Assembly (NCBI GenBank): GCA_030704615.1
Contig: CM060734.1
Coordinates: 39,804,001-39,868,000, forward strand
Direction: 5' to 3'
DNA length: 64,000 nucleotides
Source of the DNA: Takakia lepidozioides
Lineage: Eukaryota > Plantae > Bryophyta
The notes below the pieces were generated by a model. It was not told the origin of the DNA and did no database searches. It saw only the letters and a program-made list of their open reading frames with translations. Every line of letters begins with the position of its first letter. Within the stretch, counting starts at the first letter, position 1. A program made the position numbers and the translations under genes. Below, in pieces: positions 12,601-26,005 of the stretch.

Positions 12601-15600
12601 TGATTACAAACTTCCATGATATCATTTGTCAGTTGAAAGACACACGACTTGGCAGGTGTTAACTGATGTGAGACAGACACTCCCTAGTCCTGGCTTGCCA
12701 TAGCTTTGTAGCCACAGACCCCAGAGAGTGAGGTCTTTTCTCGGAACAAAATTAGAGAGAAAAGAATATCTTATTCTTATGTATGATCACATCAAAGAAG
12801 TTTGCAATTGTTTGCAGAACTGCGTGGGACAGAGTTGTTGGCAGCAGATTTGGAGACTCTTGGCAGCTATGTTACCCACGTGAAGGGCTGGTTTACAAGT
12901 TGGCAGGTTCCATTGCAACAAGACTATGACCCCCAACTAGTGGCAGCCTACTTTCATCGTCGCCCTCACATTGTTATCTTCCGACTTCTTGAGGTAGCTC
13001 TATAAATTTTTCATCAAGCTTTGCTTGGGGGCCAATGAAGATACAGGGTTGGGTAGATCCAGATGGAACTCTGGCCAATATGGTTCTAGGATTTTCTCTC
13101 TGTCTGTTGCCATGAGATTGTCTGATGAAAATGAAGTTAGGCAGAAAACTTCCCTGAACTTGTTTCCAGTCTGTGACGTGGGGGAGGACATCTTGGATGA
13201 CCTCAAGGGTCTACCCACTCTCGGCACTAGACTGAAATTTAAGCTCAGGGCAGGAAGCCTACCTTTGAACAGCAAACAGAAGCAGAGAGGAAAGGGAGAG
13301 TGCAATTGCCCGTTGTGTGGGCAATCTGAAGACAGTATTCATTTTCTGATACACTGTCCGGGGTTCTCTCACCAAAGAGACGCTCTCTTCAAATCTATTA
13401 AGGGAATTGTGCCTGTACCCCTGTTTACCAACTTTGAAAGTCTCGAAGCTGAGCCAAAAGCCCAGGCCCTCCTGAGGCCTAGTTTTTGGGCAAATCACAC
13501 ACAGCAGATTGATGCTTGTGTGAAGGGATTTCTAGAGGATATCTGGAAAACCCGGATTAATTCTTTATATGGAGGTAAGTCTTACTACCAACGTCAGCCC
13601 CTGACAGAGGTAGGTTCTGTCCCTTTTGTTCCCGCTCAAACTGGGCGCGGGGTCAATGGCCACAAGGCTACGGCAAACAACGTCTTATGAGTACAATCTT
13701 TCGTAGAGTAGCCTTTTATATGGTCTTCATCATCCCTTTGACATGCATAGCTTTAAGGGCTTGCAGTACTGTCTGCTCAACCTGGCTACGTGAAAATCCA
13801 GCTGCTGGTTGTTCTTGCTTACTTATCATAGTTGGACGAAAGACTGCCCTAAGTTTCCCAATGGTGCCCCTTGTCAGAGATGGAGATGATGAGATTGTGT
13901 CAGGGCCTTGTGTATGGACTAAAATTTAAGCATCTTCCTCTTCATTGCACCTGGGTGCAGGTCCGTCCATAACCACAAGGTTACAGCGACCACAGTCTAC
14001 TTAGTGTTTTCTGCCGTCTCTTTCTTTCTCTTTTTCTTTACCCATTCCCGGTGTGTGACCTGACCAAACACGGCTGATGTGAAGGTCTTTGGAGCACTTG
14101 GGTCGGTCGCATTGAAGTCAAGGTTGGAGAAGGCAGCTTTACGAAGAAGTAAAACCGGTGAAATTGCTGAGGAGGATAGAGCTTTACATGCACTTCGGAC
14201 GGCCGAAGCACTGAAGCAGGCTATGCTGGGGCTTGGCACTACTTTCATCAAAGGTGTTTTCAATAGGTTTCTTTCTTTGAAGAGCCTCAAGGCACCAACA
14301 GATAGCTTACTAGATAGAGCACTGTGACCCTACTTCAGTGGTCCCGTGTTAAAATTGCATAGGTGTTGGGCTCAATGCAGTCAACCAGCAAGAAAGATTA
14401 CAGGTGAATAATTCACTTGCAAGCTGTGAAGGGCTGGTCGGTTTTGGGGTGACAGCTTGCCAAAAAGACTGTTTCAGTACCTGCAATAATTTTCAGCCCT
14501 CGGGACTCGCTATCAAGGGACATGAGATTTGTATGTTAAGATGCATTGTCCTTCAGAAGATGTGCCGCTCTATTCGAGGCAGGTGGATTGCAGCATTCTC
14601 ATGTTACTGCTCTTGGCAATCCTGAAAAGCTCAATTTACTACATCTTGAAAGTGTTGGCTGAAATTTCCCATACTGAAAGGACAAGGTTGGTGTGCTAAT
14701 TTCATTTACACATCTCATTTATCCTGTGGCTTTTCTGCAGTGGCACAATCACTCTCAACAAGACCTGACCTAATTGGGGATGAAACGGCCAAGGTAAATT
14801 TAGTGGGACTTACCCTTCCCAGCTTTCTCTCTCTCTCTCCTCCCTCCTCTTCAGTTCTGCAAATCAGCTGGCTATTGTGATGTATTTCTGTCTGTGATGT
14901 TGGTAAAGGTTTGGAGTTCATTGATGAGAAGGTGTCGTTGGTACCCTCATGTAACTTGGGGCCCATCAAAGCAGGCATCATATGTTGTCTAAGAATTTGG
15001 GGGCTTGCACAAAAAACACCTTCTGAGTTCCTCCTGTCAGTTACCATCACACAATGTGAAGAAACAGCAATTTCAGATGCGAAGCTGGATTTCTGTTAAG
15101 TGTATTACTGGATAGGAAGGGGTTTGTCTTTGCTTGGCTATGTGGTCACCAGACTATCGGTACTAATGTGTGTGGCAGTGGCTCACACTCTTTACATTTT
15201 GGAACAATTACACGTCCCTTCAGGATTGAGCAAGAGTTTTGGGGTTGACATGTTGGATGGTAGGCTGTTGCAATGACCTCATTACACTACGCAGATTGCT
15301 AAGTTTAATAAACAGTCATGTGTGGGTGTAGGTGCTGGCGGAGCTACAGGACCGGTTGCCCCCATATCCAACAGATAAAGCCATGGTGGTGATAGAGGAA
15401 GAGTTGGGATGTAGCATTACTAAGGCCTTTGCCTACTTGTCTGAGAAGCCAGTGGCTGCTGCATCATTTGGCCAGGTATTGGTTGTTCTTTACCAGCTAG
15501 GGTCTTTGGAGAACTACATAGCTTGTGGAAAACAAGATCAAAGTTTGAGCATAACATAGAATACACTCCCAATTTGCCATTGCTCTTGGGTAGGACACTT

Positions 15601-18600
15601 CACTGGAATCCGCTCTTGAAATGCGCCTGCTTTCCACATGTTATAGTTCTTCAGGTAGAGGGCCACAGTAGCAATCACATTGAGATATTTGATAGGAATG
15701 TCTCTCTTGGTGACTGTTCTTGTAACGTTTGTGTTCCCTTTTCATAGAAACTTTACAAAAAGAAAGTGCTGCAATATGGAGTTCAGGATAGAGGCCTTAT
15801 GTGAATAAGAATGAGACTAACCCTGATTACACCATAGCCCTTGGCCCACACAGTCACAGGGAATTGGACTTTGATTATGAGTTCCACGTTGTGCTACAAG
15901 AGTGCTTTGGCAAACCTAGTCTTAGGGCTGGTTGGTTTATTGTTGTAAAGGTAACCATTCAGCTTCTGCTCCTTTTCAAAGACACAGTTGAGCTGCTTTG
16001 AACGTTACTGGTCATTGGTTGGAGCAGGTCTACCAGGGACGTACAATAGATGGACAAGAGGTGGCTGTCAAGGTGCAGCGGCCCAACTTGCTTTTCTCAG
16101 TGGCCCGGGATGTGTACATTCTTCGGATTGGGGTGGGTTTCTTGTCATGTCATTCAATGGCTTGTATTTCAACTTGGTGTGGATCTATGGATCTATGGCT
16201 ATGGTTTGCAAAGTTTATTGAGTCATCTCTATCTCTATATCTCTCTCTATATCAGGCTAAGTCCTGGCAGAAGAGAGTAGAAGAGATTCTCAAGGACCTG
16301 GACCTGGATCCGCAAGTCTTGACCCTGCTGGATAAATCTGACTTAGAGGCTGTAGTGTCCAAAGCCATGTCTGTTGCCATGAGATTGTCTGATGAAAATG
16401 AAGTTAGGCAGAAAACTTCCCTGAACTTGTTTCCAGTCAGTGACATGGGGGAGGACATCTTGGATGACCTCAAGGGTCTACCCACTCTCGGCACTAGACA
16501 TTTAAACTCAGGGCAGGAAGCCTACCTTTGAACAGCAAACAGAAGCAGAGAGGAAAGGGAGAGTGCAATTGCCCGTTGTGTGGGCAATCTGAAGACAGTA
16601 TTCATTTTCTGATACACTGTCCGGAGTTTTCTCACCAAAGAGACGCTCTCTTCAAATCTATCGAGGGAATTGTGCCTGTACCCCTGTTTACCAACTTTGA
16701 AAGTCTCGAGGCTGAGCCAAAAGCCCAGGCCCTCCTGAGGCCTAGTTTTTGGGCAAATCACACACAGCAGATTGATGCTTGTGTGAAGGGATTTCTAGAG
16801 GATATCCCTTTTGTTCCCGCTCAAACTGGGCGCGGGGTCAATGGCCACAAGGCTACGGCAAACAACGTCTTATGAGTACAATCTCTCTCTATATCTCTCT
16901 CTCCATACCCTTAGTAAGTCATACTACCGGCGTCAGCCCCTGACAAAGGTAGTTTATGTCCCTTTGTGTTTTGCTCAAACTGGGCGCGGGGTCAATTCCC
17001 ACAAGGCTACGGCAAACAACGTCTTATGAGTACATTCTCCATAACCTGACTGTCAAACCGTGTGTGGGTGCTCTACTGGTGGTGAGTGTGCCCCACTAAC
17101 TCTCATTTTATAGCAGGCAGAGACAGGGAAGTTTGAAATGGTGGTCTATTGGATGAGTGAAGAAGAGTATATATATAAGAATGGTACCACTCAAGTTGAA
17201 ATTATGGAGTAAAATGTAGTTGAAGTGAAGCTGGGTCGGGATGTTAGTTTGATTTCCTTGCTGCGGCATGCTTGGTTGTCCTGCAGCTAGCAGTCTTGAA
17301 AATAGTGGCAAAATTGACAAACAACTACACCCAATTGGCTGATGAGCTAGGGGAAGGCCTTTATGGAGAACTGGACTACCGACTTGAGGCCTCCAATGCT
17401 GCAGAGTTTGCTGCTGCACATGCCCACTTGCCATGGGTTTATGTCCCAAAGACTTTACCCCATCTGACTGGGCGGAGAGTGCTCGTGATGGAGTGGTTGA
17501 CAGGCGACCGTCCACTGGACTTGCTATCAGTGGCTCAGGGAAAGCCACTTCCGGATGGTACCGTCCCCAGTTGTGAGCAACAGCGGGAAGCAAAGGGGCG
17601 TCTTCTTGATATGGTGTGAAATTGGGAATCCATTTCATTTTTGTCAAGCTTTATGCTATTGTTTATCTCTTTCAATGTTTTCTGCCTTTTCTTTCTACTA
17701 TGTGACTGGCAGTGCAACCTTGGTGCAGTAAGGGAGGGGACTACAAAAAAACTTTATGCTCTTGATTATGATGTCAGTGCCAACCATTCTTCCCCCACCT
17801 AGTCCCTCCAACTACAATTTTACTAGCCATAATTGAGTTTCATATCTGGTGGATCTTGTTTCCACAAGCAGCTCAGGAAAGGTGGGTGTCTGTGTAGCTC
17901 TGCTGTCAACTACAAACAGGGAATTGCTTAGGAGCACATCTTTCCCTCCACACCTCTGAAGCTTCTCAGCTGGTCCCCCTATCAATATATGTTTGTGTGA
18001 CTGGTGAATGGCATATGTAGATCAATGTCAACTATGTGATGCACCAAGCAGGAATTTCTGGAGGGGTCTCTTGCCAATGGATTGTAGCAGTAAAGTAGGT
18101 ATGAAGTCACATTGTGGTATGGCCCTTGCAGGTTAACAAGGGAACGGAGTCATCGCTGGTGCAGCTGATGGATACAGGCATCATGCATGCAGACCCACAT
18201 CCTGGGAACATTCTTTTAACCAAAGATGGAACTCTGCAGTTAATAGACTTTGGTTTAATCACCCACATGGAGAAAAAGCATCAGGGTGCCATGCTGGCAG
18301 CTGTTGCCCACTTGGTGAACGGAGAGTGGCAGGGACTGGCTGATGATTTGTGGGAAATGGATGTGCTAAAGCCAACCACTGATCGGTTTGCAGTACGACT
18401 GGTAAGTAATAGTCCAAATTTAGCTCATTACAGGGGGTTGGTTGTATTTGTGCTTGCTTGCAAGATGCACAGGCTATTGATGGTAATCTGAAGCATGCCT
18501 TTTCAACTTACTCTAATACATCCTTCTGTGCCTCCCTGAATATACAACAGCAATAGAATCAAGTAGTGAAAACTGTCAGAATTCGAGGGTGAACTTACTC

Positions 18601-20149
18601 CCTCTATCTAGACCCCTCCTTTGACTAGATAGGGTCAGCAACCATCCCTTGTTTGTGAATTTCATATCCTTGTGATTGTCAAGGGAGTATTGTATTAGTT
18701 GGTCTTTGGCTACATGATGACAATGGGGTTTATCCTGCATCATTCTTACTGATTGCATTTTTTGGTTTCTGACTTCTTCTCCCTGGCAGATTTCTTTCAA
18801 ATTCACGTAGTGCTAGCAGATCTGCAAAAGATGTTTCCATTTTTTGTTGTAATATGAAGCTCTGAGTAATCAATTTCTGTCCTGGGTTTTTGTCAGGGAG
18901 ACCTGGGTGGGGACTTAGACAAGTGGATCTGTGTGTCGATGGCCATTTCTTGACTGGTTCTGTGGATTTAAGTCAAGGGCACTCAGATTTGCTACCGTGC
19001 TACTGAACCCTCCACCATCCAGAGTGCGTTTACAAGGACCCTTGAGTAGGAAGGACATCACTTTTCATTGTTGAATCTGTGTGTGGATTACAGGCTTTGG
19101 AAAGGGCGTTTGGTGAGGGCCCAGATGCCATCATCAAGAATGGAGTTCCTGACTTCAGTTTTGGACAGCTCACAAGGAAGTTCCTAGAAATCGCCTTCAA
19201 ATTTCGGTTTCGGCTGCCCCCTTACTATACCCTGGTGCTACGTTCGCTTGCTTCACTAGAAGGATTTGGTTTAGCAGTGAACCCAACCTTCAAGACCTTT
19301 AGTGCTACGTACCCTTATGTTGTGAGGCGACTACTGATGGACTACACACCCACAACACAGCGCGTGTTACGCTCTCTACTGTTGACTGAGAAGAGGGAGT
19401 TCAAGTGGGACCGCATCTCATCATTCATGGCAATCTCCAGAAGTTCTGCAGCAGACAGAGCTGCCATGGAGATGGTGATGGTGCCTGAAGGAGTTGCAGA
19501 GGTCGTAAAACCAGCAGGTGGGGTGGGAGACGGGAGCTCACAAATGACTGCCAACCTTGTAGGACTGCTGCTTGCCAAGGAGGGGCTGGGTGTCCGCCGC
19601 GTGATTTTGGAAGCAGATACACGAGCCCTGGCACTAGCTTTTGTATCAAGTGGGGCAGCCACATTGCGTCAGAGAATCGCTGCCACAATGGCAGAGGTTT
19701 TTTTCCAGTTCAGTCAGGAGGCTATGGAGAAACATTTCCAATCTTCTCCGAGCAGGGAACTCCCTACAGTATCAATGACCTCAGTGGTGCACATGGGCGG
19801 GTCTCTGGAGCAGAACCCCGGGGAAAAAGTCTCTGGCATAGGCGGGCACGTTTCAGCAAAAACTAATTTGTTTCTGCCAGTTTCTGTAAGTACAACTTAC
19901 TTCCAAAAACGGCGCTTAATGTTTCTCCTGAAAGCTTTGGCAGGAAGGCTGAGAGAACAGCCGATATTGGTGGCTCGAGTCAGCTGGGCATGCTTGACCA
20001 TAATATGCTGGGCATTGGCTGTTGCATTCCACAAATTAGCTGTTTCTCTCAGTGACAAGTACTTCGGAGAAGTAAGACACACTCATCGAAGTGCTTATGA
20101 CGATCAAACGGTCAATGGTGGGCTTGCTATGGTCTCGACTCCTGCATAG
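9674..20149 (+). CDS. ABC1K4: ABC1/UbiB atypical kinase, ABC1K4 (At2g39190)-like, 11 exons, about 1430 aa
   Basis: Phase-consistent GT-AG exons: 9674-10541, 11079-11576, 11866-12492, 12818-12993, 14085-14253, 14741-14793, 15332-15475, 16028-16132, 17287-17613, 18132-18401, 19094-20149 (4293 nt). Motifs TFIKVAQSLSTRPD, PVAAASFGQVY, VAVKVQRP, ELDYRLEA, HADPHPGN, DFG. The N-terminal WPQPFYPEL...YDPQLVAAYF segment suggests the ABC1K4 subfamily (recalled, not searched). Exons 1-2 are less certain. Confidence 0.88.
13101..13699 (+). mobile_element. 5'-truncated LINE (RTE-X-like) in ABC1K intron 4
   Basis: Near-identical to 32445-32750. Encodes the CPLC...H...C zinc motif and ends TGAgtacaatct. Confidence 0.9.
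16253..16880 (+). mobile_element. 5'-truncated LINE copy in ABC1K intron 8 with a 78-bp internal deletion
   Basis: Same family as 13101. Flanked by atctctctctatat at 16239-16252 and 16881-16894 (probable TSD). Confidence 0.9.
16914..17034 (+). mobile_element. Short (about 120 bp) 3' fragment of the same LINE, separate insertion
   Basis: Contains sequence deleted from the adjacent copy; ends tgagtaca; tctccata on both flanks. Confidence 0.8.
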
Positions 20150-21677
20150 CTGTAGGCATACTTGTAGTCTCCACCCATGTATCAGTATGTGTACAATCGA
20201 AAACATTCCTCGGATAACTCATGTAAGCCAAATAGAGAGTAAACCGATCAACAGTTGCTAGTCTTATTCTTGATAAGATCAAGTAGAGTTGCAGAAGCAC
20301 AAGCAAATCTTGGAAGGCGTTTGAGTTCTGTCAAGTTTCAATCATGTGGATCCAAGATCACTTTCAGACCTCAGATTCTATGTACATTTGATATGCAACT
20401 CACGGGGTTTATGTTACACATATATGATGGATTTGAAGGCTTTACAACTTTCAGGTTAATTGTGATTGGGTGTCAGTGGTCTTTTCTTCTGGTGTGTTAT
20501 GGTTGCGCTTCCAACCCAAATAATGAGTCTTCACCTCCTTGAGCATGAGTTCAGTCCCTGTCTTCACATTGTGGCCCCCTTGATTGTTATACAATTTTGT
20601 TTCACACAACACAATGTGATGCACACACTTCACTCTGGTGATGGCAGGTCTTTCAGTCAGAAATCTCATCACCTCATCACCTGGAGTGTTGAGTATGCTG
20701 ATTGATAAGCCCAACGGTTGTGGGAGGGGCAAGGTCACACTTGTTCGATTACATTTCCCCTCGGACGAAAAAGGTTGTTCTCAGTTGACTCTCTTGGTAA
20801 GACCAAGCATTTCTGATCCTCCTAGTGGAAACGTCTTAAGCTCCATAGATCATAAACATCATTTCAAACATTTTTGTGTATCAACAGCCCTCTTATTTGC
20901 TGCAATGGCTGTTTGAGTGCAGCAAATTCTTGAAGTTGTTGCAATTCTTGAACTGCAGGAGCTCTACGTTTCCCGCCATCATTCACCTTGCAAGCTGAGA
21001 GCTCTCAGCGAAGACTGTAGCTTTCCCTCATTTTGCCATTGGTAGTACGAACGTTGATAATCCTTGTGAGGCTTAATTAGGCAACGTCCCAATCTCTGAC
21101 GACGTTGCTTCGATCTGACTCTCCTGGTAAGAGTAAGGATTTCTAATTCTTTTAGTGGAAAACTTCTTAAGCTCTATAAATCATAAACAACATTTCAAAC
21201 ATTTAGGTCTGAGTTCAGCCAGCCGTTATGCGAATGTTTGCTTGTAATAGGAAAGAGAGTGGGGAGAATGTAGTTGTCTCATATGGCAAGATCAACAAGA
21301 AAAAAATAAACAAACAGGTTGTTGGACACAAATGTATATCGAACAAGGAAATCACACCAATTAGATGATGACTTGACATGTGTGTATAGGCAAGTAAATC
21401 ACAGAAGGAAGCATTCCAAAAGTATCTGCAAGCAAGCATTGTACACCATCAACTTGCATCGGCTCTTGGAAGTGGAACAGGTCGATTAACAATAGGTACA
21501 CAAAAATCCAGCTTATCCTGGTACATTAAAATTTAGCTTTTGATGATTTGAGTCTGGGCCTTGAATTGGGTAGTCTGAAGTTCATAAACAACATTTCAAA
21601 CATTTATGTCTGAGTTCAGCCAGCAGTTATGCGAATGTTTGCTTGTAATAGGAAAGAGAATGGGCAGAACCAACACC

Positions 21678-22905
21678 AAAGCAGGTCTAATAATGCGGCA
21701 AAGCAAGGTTTGCTTGACCTCAGAGTTAAGCCCTCTGCAGATGAAAAAATTAGTGAGACTCAGCGCTTTGCCTTTGCAAGTTTGAACAACTTTCTGGATG
21801 TGTGCATCCCAGTTACAGTTGGGGGAAAACTCAACGCCCAGGTATGTGTAGGGAGGGAGGACTGGGATCTCTTGGCTATCCCACTGCCACTTAAGATCAC
21901 TTCGTCGCTCTCCTCTGCCGTTGAATGCCACCACTGCACATTTACTGACATTAACCTCTAGCCCCCAAAGATCAAAGTATCTCTTCGCGCAATCAATGAA
22001 TTGTCGAGGTTGGAAGGAGTCTCCCCTATAACTGCGAAGTCATCCGCAAACATAAGGGCTGGAATGGTGGCATCACCCACCCTTAACCCAAATCCCTTAT
22101 ATTCCACATCCTCGAGGCGTTGATTGATGAAAACATTGAAGAACAGAGGGTAGAAGGTATATCCTTGAGCTACACCTTGGTCTATGTCCAAAAAGTTCGA
22201 CTTCTGTCCATTAACAGTGACACAGCTTTTGGTGTGAGCATATAAGTTATGAACAACTCTCCAGATTTTTCCCTTGATTCCGCAAGACCAGAGGCAGAAC
22301 CATAGACCATCTGTCCACACAATGTAGTTTTTTGAAATATACTCCAGTTCATCAGGGCTGTTTTGAATCATAGGAACAGTTTTACCAACTGTGTCCTTCC
22401 ATTCATCCTAGGACCCCTCACTGTTAGACCTAGAAGTTCTACCAAGGATACCCCAAGAATCCACTGCTTTTTCGATTTCATTTCTTGCATTGATTGCACA
22501 AGACTGAAGGTCTTGTAGCAAATGGACAAAATAAGGAAGAGCCTCCTACAAGGCCTGGACATACTCAGCCTTGACCTCTTCATTATGGAATTTTTCTATG
22601 CGCCACTTCCGAATCAAACGTTTCACAGATATCTTGGTGTTGGTGTTGGACATGTGTTGCAACTGACCCCACCATGTGACCTTGAATTCATCTCGTCAAG
22701 CAAGGTTTTGGGAAAACACCTTTTGATCTCAGTCCAAACCAGAGAGTGGTCAGAGGTACCAATATGAATTTTGTCAATTAACACATTGGCACTGTGGGGA
22801 AACAGATTCTTGTCCACTATGATATAATCCACAATGGATTGGGTCACCTTTTGACCTATTGTTCAGGGTTGAAATCTGAAGCTCTTCCAGACAGTTAATT
22901 AATCA
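21678..22905 (-). mobile_element. Older decayed copy of the same LINE family (endonuclease end and RT)
   Basis: Minus-strand ORFs SIVDYIIVDK...GTSDH, QGVAQGYTFYPLFFNVFI, ALMFADDF and YTYLGVEF match the 30861-32789 ORF. Confidence 0.9.
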
Positions 22906-23034
22906 TCTTCTTTTTCCCTTCCCTGGGTAATCTTGCTTAGAGTGAAGATCTTAACTCTGCCCCGTTTGCACATGAGATGCACCAAGCAAAATTTTCTATT
23001 CAGTTAGAGGAGAGCTTTATTCATTACGAGTACA

Positions 23035-23683
23035 CTAGTAAGATTAATGACTGGAGAGCCTATTGGCAGAAGGCTCCAGGGATTTAGAATGGGTGGGTGG
23101 AGAAAATTTGAATTTCAACAAAAAAAATTACAATAGATTATGCCACGGATATAGCATTCGGATTAAATCCCGCACGTTCCCGATACGCAACATCCACCAT
23201 GAGAACCCACTTGAGAGATTGCGTAAACAATCGAAGAATTGAGCCATTTCCAAAACAACATTAAATTTAATATGGTGTAGTGTGCGTGGTGCTAGTTTCC
23301 TATTACATGGGATCCAACCCAATGTTAGGAGTGCCATAGGTGTGTGTGTTGGTATTTGTTGTTTCCTTCAAGGCTCACTGTCGAGATGTTATGGAGGGCT
23401 TGGGTTTCTCAATTTCTCTGAATGTTTTCTTTTTCTTTCCTTATTTCGGGAGGGCGATCAATGCAGCTACATGGGGTGGTTATTTGATGTGATGTCTGAT
23501 GCGTAACAAGGGAGGGACGGACGGACGGACGGAGGGGGAGGGGGAGGGCGAGAGGGAGGGAGGTGTTTGCATACCGGGCAGAAAAGGGGGTTCAAATCCC
23601 CCTCACTTCTTGGGCATAGATAGGGGTAAGCCTATGACGGTTATACATTTGCATAGTTCCTCATGTTTTTTGCATAGTATATA
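23035..23683 (-). mobile_element. Probable small non-autonomous canonical Helitron
   Basis: The minus strand ends in a hairpin (ctggagagcct 23051-23061 / aggctccag 23071-23079), then CTAG|T at 23035. The far end reads atatatactatgc, 5'-end-like but without a clean TC. Internal (ggac)n. Confidence 0.45.
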
Positions 23684-23713
23684 TTTCCAATAATGAAAAG
23701 AAACACTCTATGC

Positions 23714-23800
23714 GTGGGGATGACCCACACCTTTTTGTGCCAATTGAACGCAGTTCTCAGAATTTGTTGCTAGTAGTGCGGAGCAACACAAAGCCCTAGT
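23714..23800 (+). mobile_element. 3' terminus of a Helentron/HLE2-like element whose 5' end was not found
   Basis: gtggggatgaccca...ctcagaatttgttgctagtagtgcggagcaacacaaagccctagt matches the 27527-27615 terminus. Confidence 0.75.
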
Positions 23801-24412
23801 TCTAGCGATGACTGAAGGTCGGAAGCTAGTTTAGCGTAGAGCAAGAATAGGGTGTCATAGTGCCACATCATCGTCGCCACGTTTTGTAGCCACGTCATCG
23901 TAGACAGGTCATTGTCGTCGTCAATTTCTTTGAAACCTGCCCGAAATGCCCAAAAATAACCGGCAGCGCGGGGAAGTGACGATGATGGCTTGAGCGCTGA
24001 CGGGTGAAACACACGGATCTCGGGTTTTTCCGAGACGAGGAGAAGCATCGAGGCAAGGCGAGGATGCGTGATTTTTGGAGTGCGGAGGGATTTGTTTCAC
24101 ACACCGATCGCAGATGCAAATGTGGGCTCTTGGCTACTGTTAGTACCATGATTTGGTATTCTTCCTAATGTTTACAAGGTTCTTGGGAGAGTCAGCTTGG
24201 TCTTAGCAGGCCATGTTTCCATCTCTGCCTGCTCAGCTACACCGTGGTGGTTCTCACAGACCAATCCGACATCACCTGACTACAAACACAAGCAGCACAC
24301 ACAAGAGGCAGAGATAGAAATGGTCACCAATATTAGAATTTCCAGCAATGGGGGATGAAAACACATCCATCAACTCTAATTTGACCACAAGTTGGCTTTT
24401 TTTTTTTGACAG

Positions 24413-24992
24413 TGAAGCAGATATTGCAGTTGTGTCCTGCGGAGAAGCTGATGTCAACTTACAAGGTTGCCAAGTTCAACCGTATGTTGATGAGTTCTTG
24501 CAAAATTTGGCTATGGTGCGTGGAAAGCTCAAAAAGGGGGGAGTGGGTGACACTGTTGCAATTGCACGTATTGTGCTTCACGACTGGAATGAAGGTCTCA
24601 GTCCTGTGTAACCCAGCTCAACATCTTCAGCATTACTAGGGATACATGTACAATTCCTTTTACAGTAAAACCACTTACATACGTTTCAAATGCAAGCCAA
24701 GAATCCACAGTTACTTTGGTTACCCTTCGAGAAGATTCTTGGAACTGACATTTATTTATCCTGTTTCGATGGCAGGAAAAATCCTGTAGTACACAGTGGG
24801 CCACCTATGCGGGAGGTCAGTGAGCATGCCAAATCTGCAATTGTAGCTGACTGGAGCAAGGATTTTGATGTGGAGGCTCTGTTTAAGAACGAGGAGTCAG
24901 TTTTTATAGCTGGACTCCCTTCTCTGGTCGACACACTCCATGTGGAAATGCCTTCAAGTGCTCCACTTACTATGGACATCGACACTGTTCAG
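24413..24992 (+). pseudogene. NSN1: Captured two-exon fragment of a nucleostemin-like GTPase (NSN1/GNL3)
   Basis: VKQILQLCPAEKLMSTYK/VDEFLQNLAMVRGKLKKGG...ARIVLHDWNEG|K...WSKDFDVEAL. Intron 24595-24775 retained; frameshift and stop. Confidence 0.85.
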
Positions 24993-25218
24993 GCTGGTTC
25001 AATTTAACCTAGATTATATCTTCTCCTTGGCAGCAACAACAAAATTGTGTCTTTTTTCTCTGTCTTGGGCCACAAGTGAAATGTTGCTCAAACTAGACAA
25101 GCTGAAGTGTAGGCAAATGTATGCGCATGGTCAGCATTCTATTTACAGATGATGTCAGAGACCTGACAATCAAGCTATAGTGAGTGATAGCCTATTTGAG
25201 AAATGAGGGGGTTGAGGT

Positions 25219-25400
25219 AAAGAAATTTCTGAACGACAAGTGGTTAGGGTTGTGTCTTGGCATGTGGATGCAAGCCTGCGGTGGAATTTCATACGTATTT
25301 TCTCTCTACTCTACTGATCTCAAGCATACATTGGGCTACAATCAAGAAGTGATTGATGGCCTGGACACTTCAAAGGATATTGGTGGCAATGTGGGTATAA
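25219..25400 (+). pseudogene. Captured N-terminal fragment of a nodulin-like/NFD4 MFS transporter
   Basis: KWLGLCLGMWMQACGGISYVFSLYSTDLKHTLGYNQEVIDGL..KDIGGNVG. Confidence 0.8.
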
Positions 25401-26005
25401 TGAAGGCACCTTCTCCAACACATTTCAGCCTGTTTTTCCCTGTAATCAGAGTCGTCCTTAAATTTTCATGTTGAATTCTGCAAGTTAGCTCGTTGGTGGA
25501 TCTATGGTGGTTTTGGAGTGATTTTGACATGTTACTGCCAATGTGGCAATAGGAAAGGGTCGAAGAGCAGATAACAGTGGCGAGGAGAAGCTCTGGAATG
25601 AATGTGTTTCTGACCGCAGTCAAGGGTGGAACAATCGAGGCAAAAAGGTGAATGCCTGTTGGAACCGCAAGTCAGCATAGGAATTAGTGTGATAATTAGG
25701 GTTGCGGTGTTTGCTAGAACAAATCTAGGCTGTCACTGTCAGCTTCTAGCGGCAAGGCAAGGATGTATGCATGATTTGTGCAGAGCAGGGATAGAGTTTG
25801 GGTCCAGATTCATCCAAGAGGGCCGGATTTCAAGCTCAAGATTACCTATGATTCCCTATGGACGGATAGCTAAAACGTGCATGGGTAGATGGTCAACTGG
25901 GTGTTTCCTAGAACAAATCTAGGCTGCCATTGTCAGCTGCTAGCAGTGAGGCAAGGATGAATGCATGATTTGTGCAGAGGCATGGATGGCTGAAGCAGGG
26001 ATAGA

